A DNA stretch of 64,000 nt from Bigelowiella natans CCMP2755 (lineage: Eukaryota > Protista > Cercozoa), in the NCBI GenBank assembly GCA_000320545.1, contig ADNK01000697.1:62001-126000 (forward strand), read 5' to 3'. Made by a program: the position numbers and the translations under genes. Shown one piece after another: positions 27,853-41,685 of this stretch. Every line of letters begins with the position of its first letter. Position 1 is the first letter of the stretch. The notes beneath the pieces were generated by a model. It was not told the origin of the DNA and made no database searches. It saw nothing but the letters and a program-made list of their open reading frames with translations.

Positions 27853-28560
27853 GTGCACAATCAATGTGGATGGATGGGTCATCGATCACAGTCGGCTGCT
27901 GCGCTCGCAGCAGCAAGGATTCAGGACGTCACACAAACAATGTGGTTGTGATCGACTGCACGCTCACACGCACACACACACGAACCAGACAGTCCAGCAG
28001 TTTGGCAGTGCATGCACAACTGGCATTGGCTAGTTGGGGTGTGCGCGCGTTGTGTGAACCATGGCAAATTGCAAGTGCGCACATTGCTAGATTGCTAGTG
28101 GATTGCGATGCTAGATTGGCATCTGTGCAAGCAAGTGCAACAATGCAACGACGTCGTCAGCGCAGCCACACTCTGGCACTGCCCTGGCTAGCTAGTCAGT
28201 AGTGCCATCTAGCCACACTGGCATGCGATGACACGCGCGTGCGCGCGAATCTGAGCTAACCAAGGAATGGCAAACGCCGCATCGTCGCTCATTTCTAGAT
28301 TTGTTGTTGCATGTTGATTGCACGAAGCTGGCTAGCTGGTCTAGTAGTCGCACATGATCCAGAGTCGTAGCCATGCACATTGAATGTGCCCTGTGACAGC
28401 AGCTGTGCTGGTAGCACGTACAGCATGACGTGCAACGAACACCTCCCCGCATCCACCAATAACCCACTTATTGCAAACACTACAGTCTTGACTAACCATG
28501 GATTCCATGCATACATCCAAACAGTGCTACACATTACAAAATTTTGACTACAAATGAATG
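27581..28560. other. Strongly TpA-depleted tract downstream of Yos1
   Basis: Hand count for 27581-28320 (740 bp): 14 TA, 11 of them in CTAG. None at all in about 27753-28029. Confidence 0.85.
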
Positions 28561-28680
28561 TGCCGCGGGTTTAATAACATCATAACCATTGTTACGTACA
28601 CTTATTCAAAGGATCATGCGCGCTAGCTAACATAGTAGAGATCACCATCGTCCTGGTGCGATTTGACTGCTCATTGCTCT

Positions 28681-29570
28681 TCATCCAAACATTATTTCTA
28701 TTACTATGAGAAGCAGGTTTATACCTATTAAAGGAACTAAGAAAGAAGAAAAAGAAGAAGAGGAAGAAGAAGAAATGCATCCATTAGTAACATAGGGAGA
28801 ACAAGATACTCAGTAGCAGGAATACATAAATCAAAACGAGAATATGAATGAGAACGTTTTTGGGAAGAGGAGGAAAAGGGGGAGGGAGAGAGTGAGAGTG
28901 AGAGGGGGGTAATCATTCTATCATTTCAAAACATCAAACATCGATTTACTTTCACTATTGACAATAATAACTAAAATCGTTGACATCAGTTACAAAAAAT
29001 GTCATTTAATGGCGGTATAATATGTGTATCATGTACATCTAAGGATGAATCGAACAGCCATTAGTAGCTGAGCAATTTTGTTCTTTATATTCGGTTCTGC
29101 ATGTGGATCAGGCATCCCCAACCCCCCTGTGAAGATGTAGTGAGTCGTAAGATGAGACTTATCTTTACCGCTTTGAAGTGCATCTCATGGATACAAAGGA
29201 GGAACGTCACGTAAAAAAAAAAATGGTATCTTATCTGAAGTCGCGATTCTCGTTCATAAATTAGACAATGGAGGGTATGTGACTTTATTATGTGCAGAAA
29301 CATACAAGGTTGCAGGAATCTCCTTTCATCTAGCACTGCAAGGCCATTGAGGATGAGAATTGAGGCTATTTAGGAATAGGGTCAGGAATAGGTATGTGAT
29401 GTTAACACAAATTGCAGCGAAGTAGTATGAAGCCAATCATACATAATATTCACATTCTTGCTGAGATCTTAAACTCGATCTTCAATTAAAGATTTAAATC
29501 TCTCTAAAGTTTACGCGGAGTGGTACCCTCTTAATTCCTCCATACCTTTAATCAACTCATACAACACCAT
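28681..29570 (-). CDS. YOS1: Yos1 / immediate early response 3-interacting protein 1 (small ER-Golgi membrane protein)
   Basis: Spliced translation MVLYELIK|ASILILNGLAVLDERRFLQP|WGLGMPDPHAEPNIKNKIAQLLMAVRFILR|...INLLLIVIEIMFG* matches the Yos1/IER3IP1 pattern N.iavL.E.RFL...G / IK.ql..Li..vR / ...FG. One micro-exon is unresolved. Confidence 0.85.
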
Positions 29571-30163
29571 CGAGTGTCGAAAGGAACAGGGGCAACTCAG
29601 TCCCCTGCGAGTGCCGGTGTGTTGTCTTAAAATAGATAATTTATTACAGATATTACTTCGAGTTATCTCATTTTGCTTCATGGTTTCAATTGACGAAGAG
29701 AATGACCTTCTTGAATAGCGTGCGATAATTAATGATGTAATATAGGATATATGAACGATATAAAATTGTCTGTGGTCTGAGTTCAATGCAGCCCAAACGA
29801 ATGACGACATCATTCACATTACACATGTACGTTTTCAAGGAAATGACAACAATAAGACAACACTCGGTGCTAAGCTCATAATTTTAGACAAAAAATAACC
29901 CATGTAATTACCACATGAAATACTTTTATCTGGCCCAGCTCCCCCCCCCCGCCTGCCCCCCTTTCCAACTTCCACAACCAGTTGTTATGAGGGTGTCATT
30001 CTTCTCAGCGTGAATCGTCCCATTTCTGCGACTCGGTTTGAAGGAAGGAGGTGTTTGATTGCTTCCAATATATGTCACACGCAACTGCATGCACGCTGGC
30101 TCCAAGCTAAGAGGAAGTAATTCAATCTAGTTAACATGTAGCACTGACCGTAGCCGTACCGGT

Positions 30164-31437
30164 ATGAGTGCCGAATCATTGGACAATTGTTTTTTCTCTT
30201 TTACATCCTCCTCAGTTTACGTCCTTGTGATGGCTCTCTTTTATTCCTCAACCACGGCAAGGAATGTTCATCTCACAGGTAGTAGTGTGCTGTACTCCAA
30301 TATATTCACATGGTGTCCCATGTTGTTATGCAAGTCTCGAACACTGTCCTCTAGAGCTCCACCCTTTGTCATTTATGCATTTTCATCGGGTATCAATTGT
30401 GTTTCTACGGCCAATTAGATTCATTTCCGAAAGAGCCACGAGGGCCATTGCCGACGATGATTCAACAGAACAGACCTCCTCCTCGAGACTACGGCGACGA
30501 TGCAAACAACCCACTCGGTGTGGTGACGGCGGCCTCAAGGGGGGACAGAACAAACGATAAAGAATCTTTTCTCTCAGATGAACTTAAACAAGTCGCAACT
30601 AATGCGGGGGAGAAACAGGACTCTCCTTTATCAGAGGATACAAATAGTAGTCAACGTACGGCGTCTTCCTCAGTAACTGCATCATTTACGCGCCGCAAGC
30701 GACGTCGCAGCGATTTTGGTAAGTCCCACAAGGTCGTGAAAACTCAGCGGAAACCGCGATCTGACAGGGGGAAAACTCATCGAAAACCAGGACTCCAAAG
30801 TATGAATGATTCGAGGAATAGATGGGGGGCGGGCATCAAGTTGCATGAAATTTTACACACGGCATAATCCCCCCCCCCCCCCCCCCCTCTCTCTTTCTTA
30901 TAGTTTCATACACATTTGGCGATGATGATAATGATGATAATACATGGTGTTGATAATTCATCAAATTACAGGCGTCTCACTGACCGACATGATGGCCATT
31001 CCTCCCATTCTTCCGAGTACCCCCCTCTCACCAATCGATCTAGCTAAGACAACAGCAATCGTCTCAGTGAAAGGATCCCTCATGCACATGCCAACGCTTA
31101 CACCAGAACAAAGCAGAATGCTGCCCGGATTCGAACTAGGCAAGTCGTCATCTAGTGGTGGTGATGATGATGATGATGATGATGACGCAGCAGGGGAGGG
31201 TAAAGATACGGAAGGCCGAGCTCAAGACTGTGATGCAGACCTTGAGCTTGCTTCTTCCGCTGCAAGCACTTTCTATCCGAGTCCTGATTTCTCTAGGATA
31301 TTGTTCCGATTACGAATAGAATACGTTGGTCCAATTTCTAGATATATACGATAATAGAGATAGTCGCTTGTGCATCAATGACACCGACACATGGAAGAAG
31401 AAGAAGAAGAAGAAGAAGAAGAAGAAGAAGAAGAAGA

Positions 31438-31502
<65 letters not shown>

Positions 31503-31808
31503 GACAGACAGAGAGAGACAGAGAGAGAGAAGAAGAAGAAGAAGGAGTTGAACTCGGTAGTACTAATACGCGTATAGAGATTCTTACGTTACCTTCCCAT
31601 ATGTGTGTTTGAGATTGAATGCTGTAGCGATAGGAGCCTATCATCGGGATACAAATGTAGATTGCCTGTGATCCTGGCACCGCATGAATGTTATTCATAA
31701 GGACCGCATTTGTCCCATATTTATTCGACAGAAAATGCGGTCAGGAAACTTGAAGAGCTATCGGCATTGGGTTATATGAAGTTATTATGTTATAATACTG
31801 TGCTATAT

Positions 31809-31847
<39 letters not shown>

Positions 31848-32290
31848 CAGCGTGCGTGTAAGTAGTATACGTGTGTGTGCGTGTGTGTGTGCTAATTATT
31901 GTGCATGGACAAACAGGTGCGGTGTGTTGCAAAAGCGGATATATTGAATCCTGAGGGGTCGGCTATGCTTCCAGAGTTTGATGCGATCGAGTCTGTACTT
32001 CACCTACTAATCCCACAGCACAGCAAACAATCACTACGACGCCGCTCATGATCAGATGTTGTTGATGAAATCAAAAGTGTTTCGAATGTTATGTGTGTGT
32101 GTGTGCGCGCGCGCGCGCGCGCCCGCAGTTATAAACTGTACTTCTGCCAATTATGTAACAACTTATCGACTGTAGATACACTGTGTGGCCAATGGATGGA
32201 ATGATAGAAATACAGGCCTCACCACGACCAGGATATGCAATTTACGCGTGAGTACAACAGTAGACGCTAATGATTTATGACAATTATGAT

Positions 32291-32328
<38 letters not shown>

Positions 32329-33086
32329 CGATGTTTCGACACACACACACACACACGCACAACACGCTCACCAGCGTAGATTACCGCATCATCAAATTGT
32401 ACTTTAACACGAACTCTGAAGATGTCATCCCACATCTGCTCCTCCTCGGTGTTCTCTATTATTTATGCTGCTGCCATGGTTTCAGGGCGTTACAGCGAAT
32501 GTACCCTGACGCAATGATGATGATCACCAATTATAACAATCTCTCCCCGCCGGTACAGAGGAAGAAGGGAGGGGAGAGATTTTCCATGCTCATATATCTG
32601 AGAGAGTGAGCAGCAGCAGCCATATTGCGAGGGTCTTGCTGTTGGTTTCATTACTTATAATATGTGGTATTGTATGATCTCTGTAGTTGCTAAATGTGTG
32701 CATATACCATCATCATCATCATCATCAATCATTATCAACATCATCATCGCCGTGATCGTGATGTTAGGCCCAGTTGTTATCTCTTGAAGGATGGTTGTGG
32801 TTTGCAAAAAAGTAGTCTGCGACTCATTCATTCACTCGCTTACACACTCACGATTTACTGAAAATGCAACACACGCAGAGAACACTATCATGTGTAATGG
32901 GAAGTAGTGTGAGATTGGCGTCGTCGATAAATGTAAGGTTCAAATGCACTCCGTACTGGTCTCCGCACCACTTTGACTACACGGTAATGTCACCGCATTG
33001 ATGACAAGAATTGATGCGTCATGGTCTCGGTTGGTTGGTTGGCTGCGCTTCTTTTTACGTAATTACAAGATGCCGTCATCATTACC

Positions 33087-33118
<32 letters not shown>

Positions 33119-34008
33119 GGCTAAAATGATAACAGAATCCGTGCGCGGCTTTGGGGAAGAAGTACTTGGCGTTCATGCAACGAGAGGACTGGGATATTGT
33201 TAAGGTTTGTAAGATCAGAGTAAGGGAGGGGAGGAGGACGCGAAAGAAACAGCTATAAGACAGGATTGTGAGCGATTCTGTGTTGCTTGCTGCTGTAATT
33301 ATAATAGTGTTTCATGAATGGCCTCCCATAATTGTCGAATGCATATTTGTATTTTCGTCAAGTACTTATTTTTTCGCTATCCTCTCTCTTCCCACCTCTT
33401 TCCGTGTGGCTGCGTGTATGTGTGTGTGTGTGCGTGTGTTTTACAGGAATCTGTGAGCAATATCTACGTAGGTATGGAGTCATCATAAAATAAACTTATT
33501 CGTAGCTTGATATTCTGTATTTCATCGATGTTCGATATTGAACTATTTTCCATCACGAAGATGAGAGGAGACAAAATATGCCAAATAACAACACTTTCTT
33601 CTCTTCGACGCCATCATAATTATACTTAGACAAAATCACAACATTAATGATCGTTCCTGCAAGAAGAAAACCCGACCTATTCATAACACTCGACAAGTAC
33701 ATGTCGCGAAAGCAGCAGGTTCGATTAATATGGTGGCTGTCTTGCTCAGATGTGCTGTTTCATTGTGGCTGAGAATTGGAAACAATGTTGGATTGCATCT
33801 TAGGCGTCAAATAAGTGAGGACGCAAAGGATGCCTTAGAAAGGCGCAGGAAGGAGCATTCGATGGAGTATCGTTTATACTCATTCCTAGCGAAGCAATCA
33901 ATGTGGCTTCATTTGATAAATGTATGCACGTGGCTAAACATAGCGATGGCAGTCGTCATCGTACACGCTACGCGACTGTATGTTGTGCGTGGATGGTTTG
34001 CCGTGTAA
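30164..34008 (+). CDS. Unknown protein with duplicated basic R.RSD.GK.H motifs and a possible PAS-like C-terminus; boundaries uncertain
   Basis: ORFs 30397-30867 and 30944-31354 plus small GT-AG exons (ALQRMYPDAMMMITNY, NPCAALGKKYLAFMQREDWDIVK, ESVSNIYV, CAVSLWLRIGNNVGLHLRRQIS). Confidence 0.45.
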
Positions 34009-34400
34009 TGTGTAGCTAAGTAGCTAAGTAGCTGAGCTAGTTGATATATAGAGGTGCCTTTTCAATCTTAAACTACATGCAATACTACAAATGTATACCT
34101 TCATTAACAATGCGTGCATCTACTATCTGCAACACTTCTAGGATATCTGTGCATATTGTAGCGTAGTAACGTAGCTGCTTGTTAGACGCCATGGCGTGTA
34201 TGTAGCCCTCCCAACTACATGTTACGTTCTTTTGTACGAAGATCACATTGGCACTTCTAGTATTACTTCTTTGCACATTTGAAAACTACTGTGGCCATGT
34301 AGACTAGTCTGCTATGCGTGCATGCATTGCAATGCTGTCGATACTCCCAGACATTATAAGACATTCACACGCTTAGAATGCCATTCTGTGTTAACACGAT
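33900..34400. other. TG/CA/TAG-rich intergenic tract (convergent gap), weaker signal
   Basis: gtagctaagtagctaagtagctgagctag and atgcgtgcatgcattgcaatgc. Confidence 0.45.
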
Positions 34401-34551
34401 ATTGGACGATATGCATCGGATTATTAATAATGATAATGACTATGAAGATAGCTACTACTCAGCATCCAGCCCTGAGGTGCCATTGTTGACGTCGTACGTC
34501 GTCATGTATATGTATAACTGATTGCTCGAGTTGTTGTTTGGTTCCATGTAT

Positions 34552-34737
34552 TTACTTCGTAAGCTCGAACAACTCACGACCAATAAGCATCCGCCGAACC
34601 TCACTACATGAGTTGAACACAGCACCATCACGCAAACAGCAAGAGAATGCCATTAATAGGAGATCGATCGTGTACTACATCTTCCAAATCCCATTGAAGC
34701 ATGAGGTGGCGGGAAAGCAGATATGCCTAGATGCGAA

Positions 34738-34780
<43 letters not shown>

Positions 34781-35113
34781 GTCTCTCCTTGCAGCAGCTC
34801 AATAACCTTGTTCCTGCTCCAATTTCGTAGAGCTTTGCGTCGCGTAGAATCCGGCCCGTTGGGTACTCGTTGATGTATCTTTCACAGAGGAAGAATAATC
34901 ACAGAGAAAAGCATAAGAGAGGGAAGAGTGACGTAAACCAACGAATATTATTCATACGATAGCCATGGTATCACACCCAGCAACATCATCGCCAAGATGA
35001 TGATGATCATTATCGTCATCATCATCATGATTGATCGTATCTGCTTTAGTTAGTAGATGGCAGCCGACTATTACTCCTCTGACTTCCCTACTACTACTGC
35101 TCTAATACTACTT

Positions 35114-35147
<34 letters not shown>

Positions 35148-35590
35148 CCGTTTCCTCCAAGGGTCTGTATCGACTCCAAAGCTACTTGTGTGGCCTGTAG
35201 CACATGGATGGTGTAGTATAGGGGACGTACGTGTGCACAGCTTATATCAGAAAAACACGGTGATAAAAAAAGGAATAATCGGTTTTAATATAGTATCATA
35301 TCAAGTGTCGTTCCTCCTCCTCCTCCTCCTCCTCCTCCTCCTCCTCCTCATGATTACTTTTAGAAGGAGGGCACACTCACTACAGTCGCCACCACCAACA
35401 CCACAAAACAAGCACCTTTTCTGCGCAATATAGGATAACGCCTGCACAGTCTTGTCGCGACACGTGACCAGCATCGCATGCACGAGCGGTTGCGTAGAGG
35501 TAAGATCTAAAAGGAAGGGGAGGACATGCTTTTAAAGAAGAAGATGCTTTTTTAAGAACCGTGATCAAAGAGACGAAAAAGGGAGAATAT

Positions 35591-35631
<41 letters not shown>

Positions 35632-35677
35632 GATAGGACGATGATAAGAAGTTGTTGGTTGTACATCATCTTCATCT

Positions 35678-35711
<34 letters not shown>

Positions 35712-35820
35712 CATATTGGAAGAACGAACAACCAACCTGCACGCCATAAGAGTTGAGTACATATCAGCTACTTTTCCCTAAATTGTGTTGATAGAGTGGG
35801 ATAATTTACTACGTATTTGA

Positions 35821-35858
<38 letters not shown>

Positions 35859-35887
35859 AGGCGTTTTTAGACTATAGAGAGGAAGAT

Positions 35888-35927
<40 letters not shown>

Positions 35928-36013
35928 GAGAGAGGAGAGGGGCGGGTGGGAGACTATGGAGCAGAGATTGGGAAGTATGATGGTTATTGAACGTGATAGC
36001 ATAGAATTATGAC

Positions 36014-36047
<34 letters not shown>

Positions 36048-37000
36048 CCTGCATGAGTTGAAAGCTGCCGATTGGCTTTCCGAACTGTTTGCGCTCATGC
36101 ACGTATGGCATGACAATGTCCATGGAAGCCTGCATCAAGCCAACCTACGACAAGAACCAGCGACGAAGGGAACGATAAGGACAACGAGCACAGGCAACAC
36201 AGAAAGCCAACAAGCGGGGAAGATTGCACTCTTTCAATTTGTTCTTGTCATTGCGACAATATAGCATACTTGTCGGTGTGCGTTATAAAGTGTGGGCTTT
36301 AATTTATCTATTCATTTTCTCACCGGCCCAGCAGCAAGAACGAGGCGCTCGAGGTCAAGGCCAGACATCAACACCTACGATGCAATGGGGGAGGAGGAGG
36401 AGGAATGGCAACAACGAAATTAAGAACAACCCTAGAAGCTTAACCACCTCTCGTTGATAGATGATGATAATGTTGATGATGATGATTGCGGTGATGATGC
36501 TAGCTGCTTGAGGTGCTAATTAGGTCGGACATCGAGATCGGTGGTATCAAGCATTAAGGTGCTACTACTACTACTAAAACTACTACTCAGAGCTGCATTA
36601 CTACCTCGACACCGGAGTTGATTTCTCCAAGTACATTCTCATCAGGGATGAAGCACTTCTCGAACACAAGCTCGCACGTGTTGCTGCCGCGCATACCCTT
36701 AAATCAATTAAAGATGTGATATTATTCAGTTAGAAGTACGATGGAAGTTGATGGAATTGTATGATATATTCATCTTTGTTACCAATTTGTCCAGTTTCTG
36801 TGCAGTGGAAAACCCTGTTGTACGGTGGGAAAGGGGGGTATTTCATGCACGAATCCACTGAGCATTGACGACGGGACGGTGGTGGTGGTGGTGATGATGA
36901 TGATGGATGATCATGGTGAAAACCGAGTAAAAGCATGACCTTTCATGCCCTTCTCCACCATAAAAGCAGTGATCCCGCGAGATTTCTAACACAAGTTGAG

Positions 37001-37043
<43 letters not shown>

Positions 37044-37147
37044 ACTTAGACGTACAGTCAATGTAGAACCTGTGTTTTGAACATCATATCTATCCCCTCC
37101 CCTTCCCCATAAAGAGTCGATTTCATGGTGACCCCGTTCTTATCACC

Positions 37148-37196
<49 letters not shown>

Positions 37197-39208
37197 CTCG
37201 TTCCCTCTGAGTAACATGAGGGACGCAACACACACCTTCTCAAAGTCCGTCTTCGCGTAAACAAGGGGCACGTCAGCATCAGGTCCTAACCACGTGGCAG
37301 CAGCAGCAGCAACATCAACAAATGAGAAAGAATGAGAAAGGGAGAAGGGAAGGAAGGAAGAAGACCTATCTTGCACGAGAACAACTCTCTTTGTGTAGAT
37401 CTTATTATTGTCGATTTCTTCAATTTATCTTCCTCTTCCCCCCCCCCCCCCCCTATCTTTCCCAACTCTATTTATCATCTTATCACCGTTGGTAATCCAC
37501 ATCTTGTTTCCTGTCATTTCGTATCCCCCATCAACCTAATAATAGCAGTATGCAATGCTCACACCATCTCTAATGGAGGAGGAGGAGGAGGAGGAGGACA
37601 CACTGGTAATAGTAGTAGTAGTAGTAGTAGTACTTGAACCCTACCCTCGCTGTACTATGCTTGTGATTCGTGTTTTAGCCATCTACTACCCCTCAAAGAA
37701 GATAGCAAACACGATTTCTCCACCCTTGGTTTACTTATTATCACCTTGACTGCTTTGGTCCTCATCGAGACGACATCCGATCCAGATCCTTAATGATTGC
37801 ATTTCTTATATTTAGGCCGTCGTGTCAAGTCGTCATCGTTATTTGTTTTTTGTTGTTGCAATTTCGACCTGGTTCGCTCATAGCTAGTGCACCAATATAC
37901 TCTCCCGTGATGAGTTTTGGAAGATATCTGGGAAAGAGGAATCAAAAAACAAATCAGAAGAGTAAGGTGTGCTAATCGAAAGTAAAATTGAAGTATTCAT
38001 GCGCGCAGACAAATTAGCGGCACATCTAGTGGTGGTTTCCGTGGATGCATATCTACGTGCTCCCCTGTGTAAGAATGAATCTACTGATGATGGCCATCCA
38101 TCCCCTACCTCCTCCATTATCTATCGTTACTCCTCCTCCACCTCCTCCCTCTGCTTCAAACTGATACACATACTTCTCCTTTTGAGTCTCGTTTCCGTTT
38201 CGAACAATCTAGAGAACGATAACAACATTGAAAATGAAATCACTTTTGATTAATGGAAGACTGGGGATCATTGTATCATATAGTTTTCGTAATTGATAAT
38301 GACCTGGTTCACGCACAGATTACTGTGGGCGCCATAACTAAGAGCGACGGACCCTACATGAATGTAATAGACAAAACCTCAAATCCCTTTAAAATACGCA
38401 GCAGTGTATAGCAAGAACCTGATGCGCGAGAAAGCTCTTCCATCACAATACAGTGCTCGGTGTAGCCCATATCAAGTCCACCGTCTGCATGTAGAGAAAG
38501 ACAACACAGATATATCTTTTCTCAGAACTACTCTTGGTAGATCAATCGTAATCCCGCATCCCCCCCTTCCCTCCCCGCCCCCCTTCCTTCGTAACATTCC
38601 CTCCTCAGCATACAATACATCCAAATAATCCAAAATCGCGACATTGATAAACTGTTGACAGTATTTGTAAAATGACGACGTTGTCTTCCTAATTCTCACA
38701 TTCTTCAGGAGCAGTAATTCCTAGGATGCCCTGCTCTCCCATCTTCTCCCAAAGATCCAGAGGAAATTCATTCTTCCTATAGTAGGATAGTGATGGAAAG
38801 TTAGAACTCAGGAGCTTCCGGAGCAACATGACAACATAGAATACATCAGGAGAGTGGGGTGCAAGTGGGTATCGATTGCAATGTTGACTTGCGAGGAACG
38901 TACTCATCGATATCTGCAGCTCTAGGGGCCACTTCATCCGCAGAAAATTTGCGCAGACTTTCGATCAAGGCTTTCTGTAAACATGAATGGGTTACCAAAA
39001 GCACAACATTGAACTTCGGAGATCAGATCCACAAACGGTACTCAACCTGAGTTTCGTCGAACAGCGCTAGTTCGTTCAGATCTCCAGAAGCACAGTAATA
39101 GCTCATATTCCTGCTGGATGAAGCCATTAGGGGGGCCTTAAGAAGATTCTTCGCACCCCTCCGCGCAGAGGATGAAAGGGTTGATAAACGGCGGATCGAA
39201 CTGAACAT
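34552..39208 (-). CDS. IVD: Isovaleryl-CoA dehydrogenase, mitochondrial; multi-exon
   Basis: R/S-rich presequence [17 protein letters not shown]. Exon peptides [129 protein letters not shown] and [16 protein letters not shown]. Confidence 0.93.
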
Positions 39209-39982
39209 GTTAACGAGGGGCAAGGTTGGAGTTTGGGTACAGATATTGTGTGAGACCGAATTAGGGCAGATTGGTAAGATACTCTGATCGATATTATGCA
39301 AATTTGAATGCATTTTTTACATAATATTTGTTAAAACTGAAGTCTTCTATATTCATACAATTTATCTTTTACTTTTTTGAAGCCCCATTTGCTCTGCTTC
39401 GGCTCCGTACTATTTTCATGGGAGAATACCAGTAATGAACACTGGGCGAAAGTATACTACGACAATTAAGTCCACAATGAGACAATCATTAAGCCCAAAG
39501 GGAGACTCTGTCGACGCGGCACTCGTACAGGATCGTATGAGACCTACGAGCTCGCAGGAGATTCCGAACGAGTGCCATGTATGCCTTACGATTCTCAGTC
39601 CCGGGTTTCGACTAATACATGTAAGGTTTACCAAAAGTTCACCCGGCATTCCGTAGTACTTTTACTATGGAAATGAAAACATTCATAGAAAGACGACTAC
39701 AAAATTTCATTACCGCCTACTAAAAATGAAATACCCTATCGGAGAAATTCGTTATAAATTTATAGACATACGACAACTTTGATTTGTTGTCTTCATAGAT
39801 TTTCATCCTTCAAACTTCAAAGCATGGCTTCTGAGCTGCAGCACCCCCTCGATTCCTACGAGCCTTCGTCATCCTCCTCGTCCTCACCACGGGTAGTTCT
39901 TCTGATAACTTTGTAACAACGTGCTTCTTTATTTTGATTCTTGTATAAAATCAATCATCGAAAAAGCGAGTGAAGGACAACT

Positions 39983-40865
39983 ATGAGCACATATGACCAA
40001 GAGAATCTACTCCGTTTATTGCAGGCGGATCGCTCTCCGAAACGGAAAGATGAGAATCATACAAACAAGGCCAGCAGCTCTACGGAAAAAACAACACCTA
40101 CGAGGCAAAATTTGGACACATCCGGAAGAACAGGAGGTATAGAAAACGAGGAAGTAGAAACCAACGATGTGAAAGAGCATCCAATTTCGAGTTCGGAACA
40201 CGCTACTAAACCAGCGCTGGAGAGCCCAGTTGAAACGAGGGAAAATGACGTGGCTTCAGTGAGTTCGACTCAGAGCGAACGGGATGAAGACGGTGTCTAC
40301 GAGGAGGTGAAGATTGAGGTAATGTACCACTCATTGACTAGATTAGGAGAGAAATGATGCTCTGCATCTTAAAGCACAACTTGACACGGTTGCTTTAAAG
40401 GACATGGATCTCGATGAGGATGAGGGTATTTACACCTACGAGTGTCCCTGCGGAGATTTGTTCTTCATTACGCTGGAAGATTTAGCCAGTGGGGAGGAAA
40501 TTGCGCATTGTCCGAGCTGTTCTTTGGTGAGAAGGAGGGGGGGAGGGTGCGGGACTGTGTCAGGCGTGTTGGGTATAACAGGGGGTCTTAGTTCAATGTG
40601 AGGGCCGAGGGGGTAGAACAAAGAGAATAGTAACACCTTGCTTTCTTCATAGCAATTGTTTGTCTCATTTGCTCTCCCACAATGTTGTCATCAGGTCATC
40701 AGAGTGCTGTATGATATAGAAGACTTTCTGCCACAGAAGGAAGTAGAACCTGTAGCATCTGAGCAACTAGAAGTAGAAGATGGCGAGGAAGAGAAACATA
40801 GGAAGTCAGAAGTATCCAATGATATAGTAGTTGCAACAAGAGCAGTTTCCGCTATTGAAGATTAG
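39983..40865 (+). CDS. DPH3: Diphthamide biosynthesis protein 3 (CSL zinc ribbon) with long N- and C-terminal extensions; may start at 39824
   Basis: Spliced VYEEVKIE|DMDLDEDEGIYTYECPCGDLFFITLEDLASGEEIAHCPSCSL|VIRVLYD is the DPH3/KTI11 signature. Confidence 0.88.
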
Positions 40866-40869
40866 ATCC

Positions 40870-41480
40870 TGTGTCCATGCAATTCTGTCATGCCTGCCTG
40901 TCATGCCTGTTGTAGCATCTGAGTTTCTAGCAATCGATTATTCTTGAAGAAATCCTGCATGTACGTTCATTAATGTATATGCACGCGTATTACAAGACTA
41001 ATGTTAGACTACTAGTCATGGACACATGGTATGCTAGCATGTTTGTAATTATACGACGTATTCGGAGGCCTAGAGGCGGCGAAGTTCTAGAGTTCTTCAT
41101 GGCTGTGCTATGTTTTCTAATGATGGACATCCTGTACATATAATACATCGGCGCTCATGTTAGATAGCCTATCGAGTGATGATAAACAGCGGATACTAGG
41201 ATAGATGATGACTGAACTGTTGCACAGATGTTTATTTGGCGGAACACATCTAGACATGTGCGGATGGAGCTGAATACGTACAACAGATGCGCGCAGTGCA
41301 ACACAACGAGAGCTAAGAGAGCCCCCACGTACATCATGTAGATAATTAAATACACATAAGATACTGGGGCTCTCGCACACACAGCTTATAAAACAGTACA
41401 TGTCCACACATCTAGCTAGCTTGACATGGCTATGCAGTCTTTCTGTGCATAATTCTACCATTGTGTCTATTGTCTGACCG
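40870..41480. other. CTAG/CATG-rich intergenic tract (convergent gap)
   Basis: Repeated ctag, catg and tgca motifs, e.g. tctagctagcttgacatggctatgcag. Confidence 0.55.
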
Positions 41481-41685
41481 ATGAAATTCTTAATTGATTT
41501 TTAACCTCATGTCTCATAATGAATATTAGTAAGAGCAACTGTTACATATTGTACAAACCACAGTCAACGCCTACATTTATAGAATAAAACTTGTCGCTGT
41601 GATTGAAAATGCCTGAATTGAGAATGCATAATAGATGCTAGGGTACATGGCTTCGATGCGTTTCTTTTACTTTTGAAACGAGATA

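Larger units (their letters stand above)
650..38000. repeat. Dense microsatellites - (TA)n, (CA/TG)n, (GA)n, (CAT)n, (TAG)n, (GGA)n, (GAA)n - mainly inside introns and low-complexity exons
   Basis: Directly visible, e.g. (TA)n 655-684 and 2582-2621, (CAT)n 10750-10866, (GAA)n(GA)n 31394-31545. More occur at 51.6-53 kb, 56.0 kb and 60.3 kb. Confidence 0.95.
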
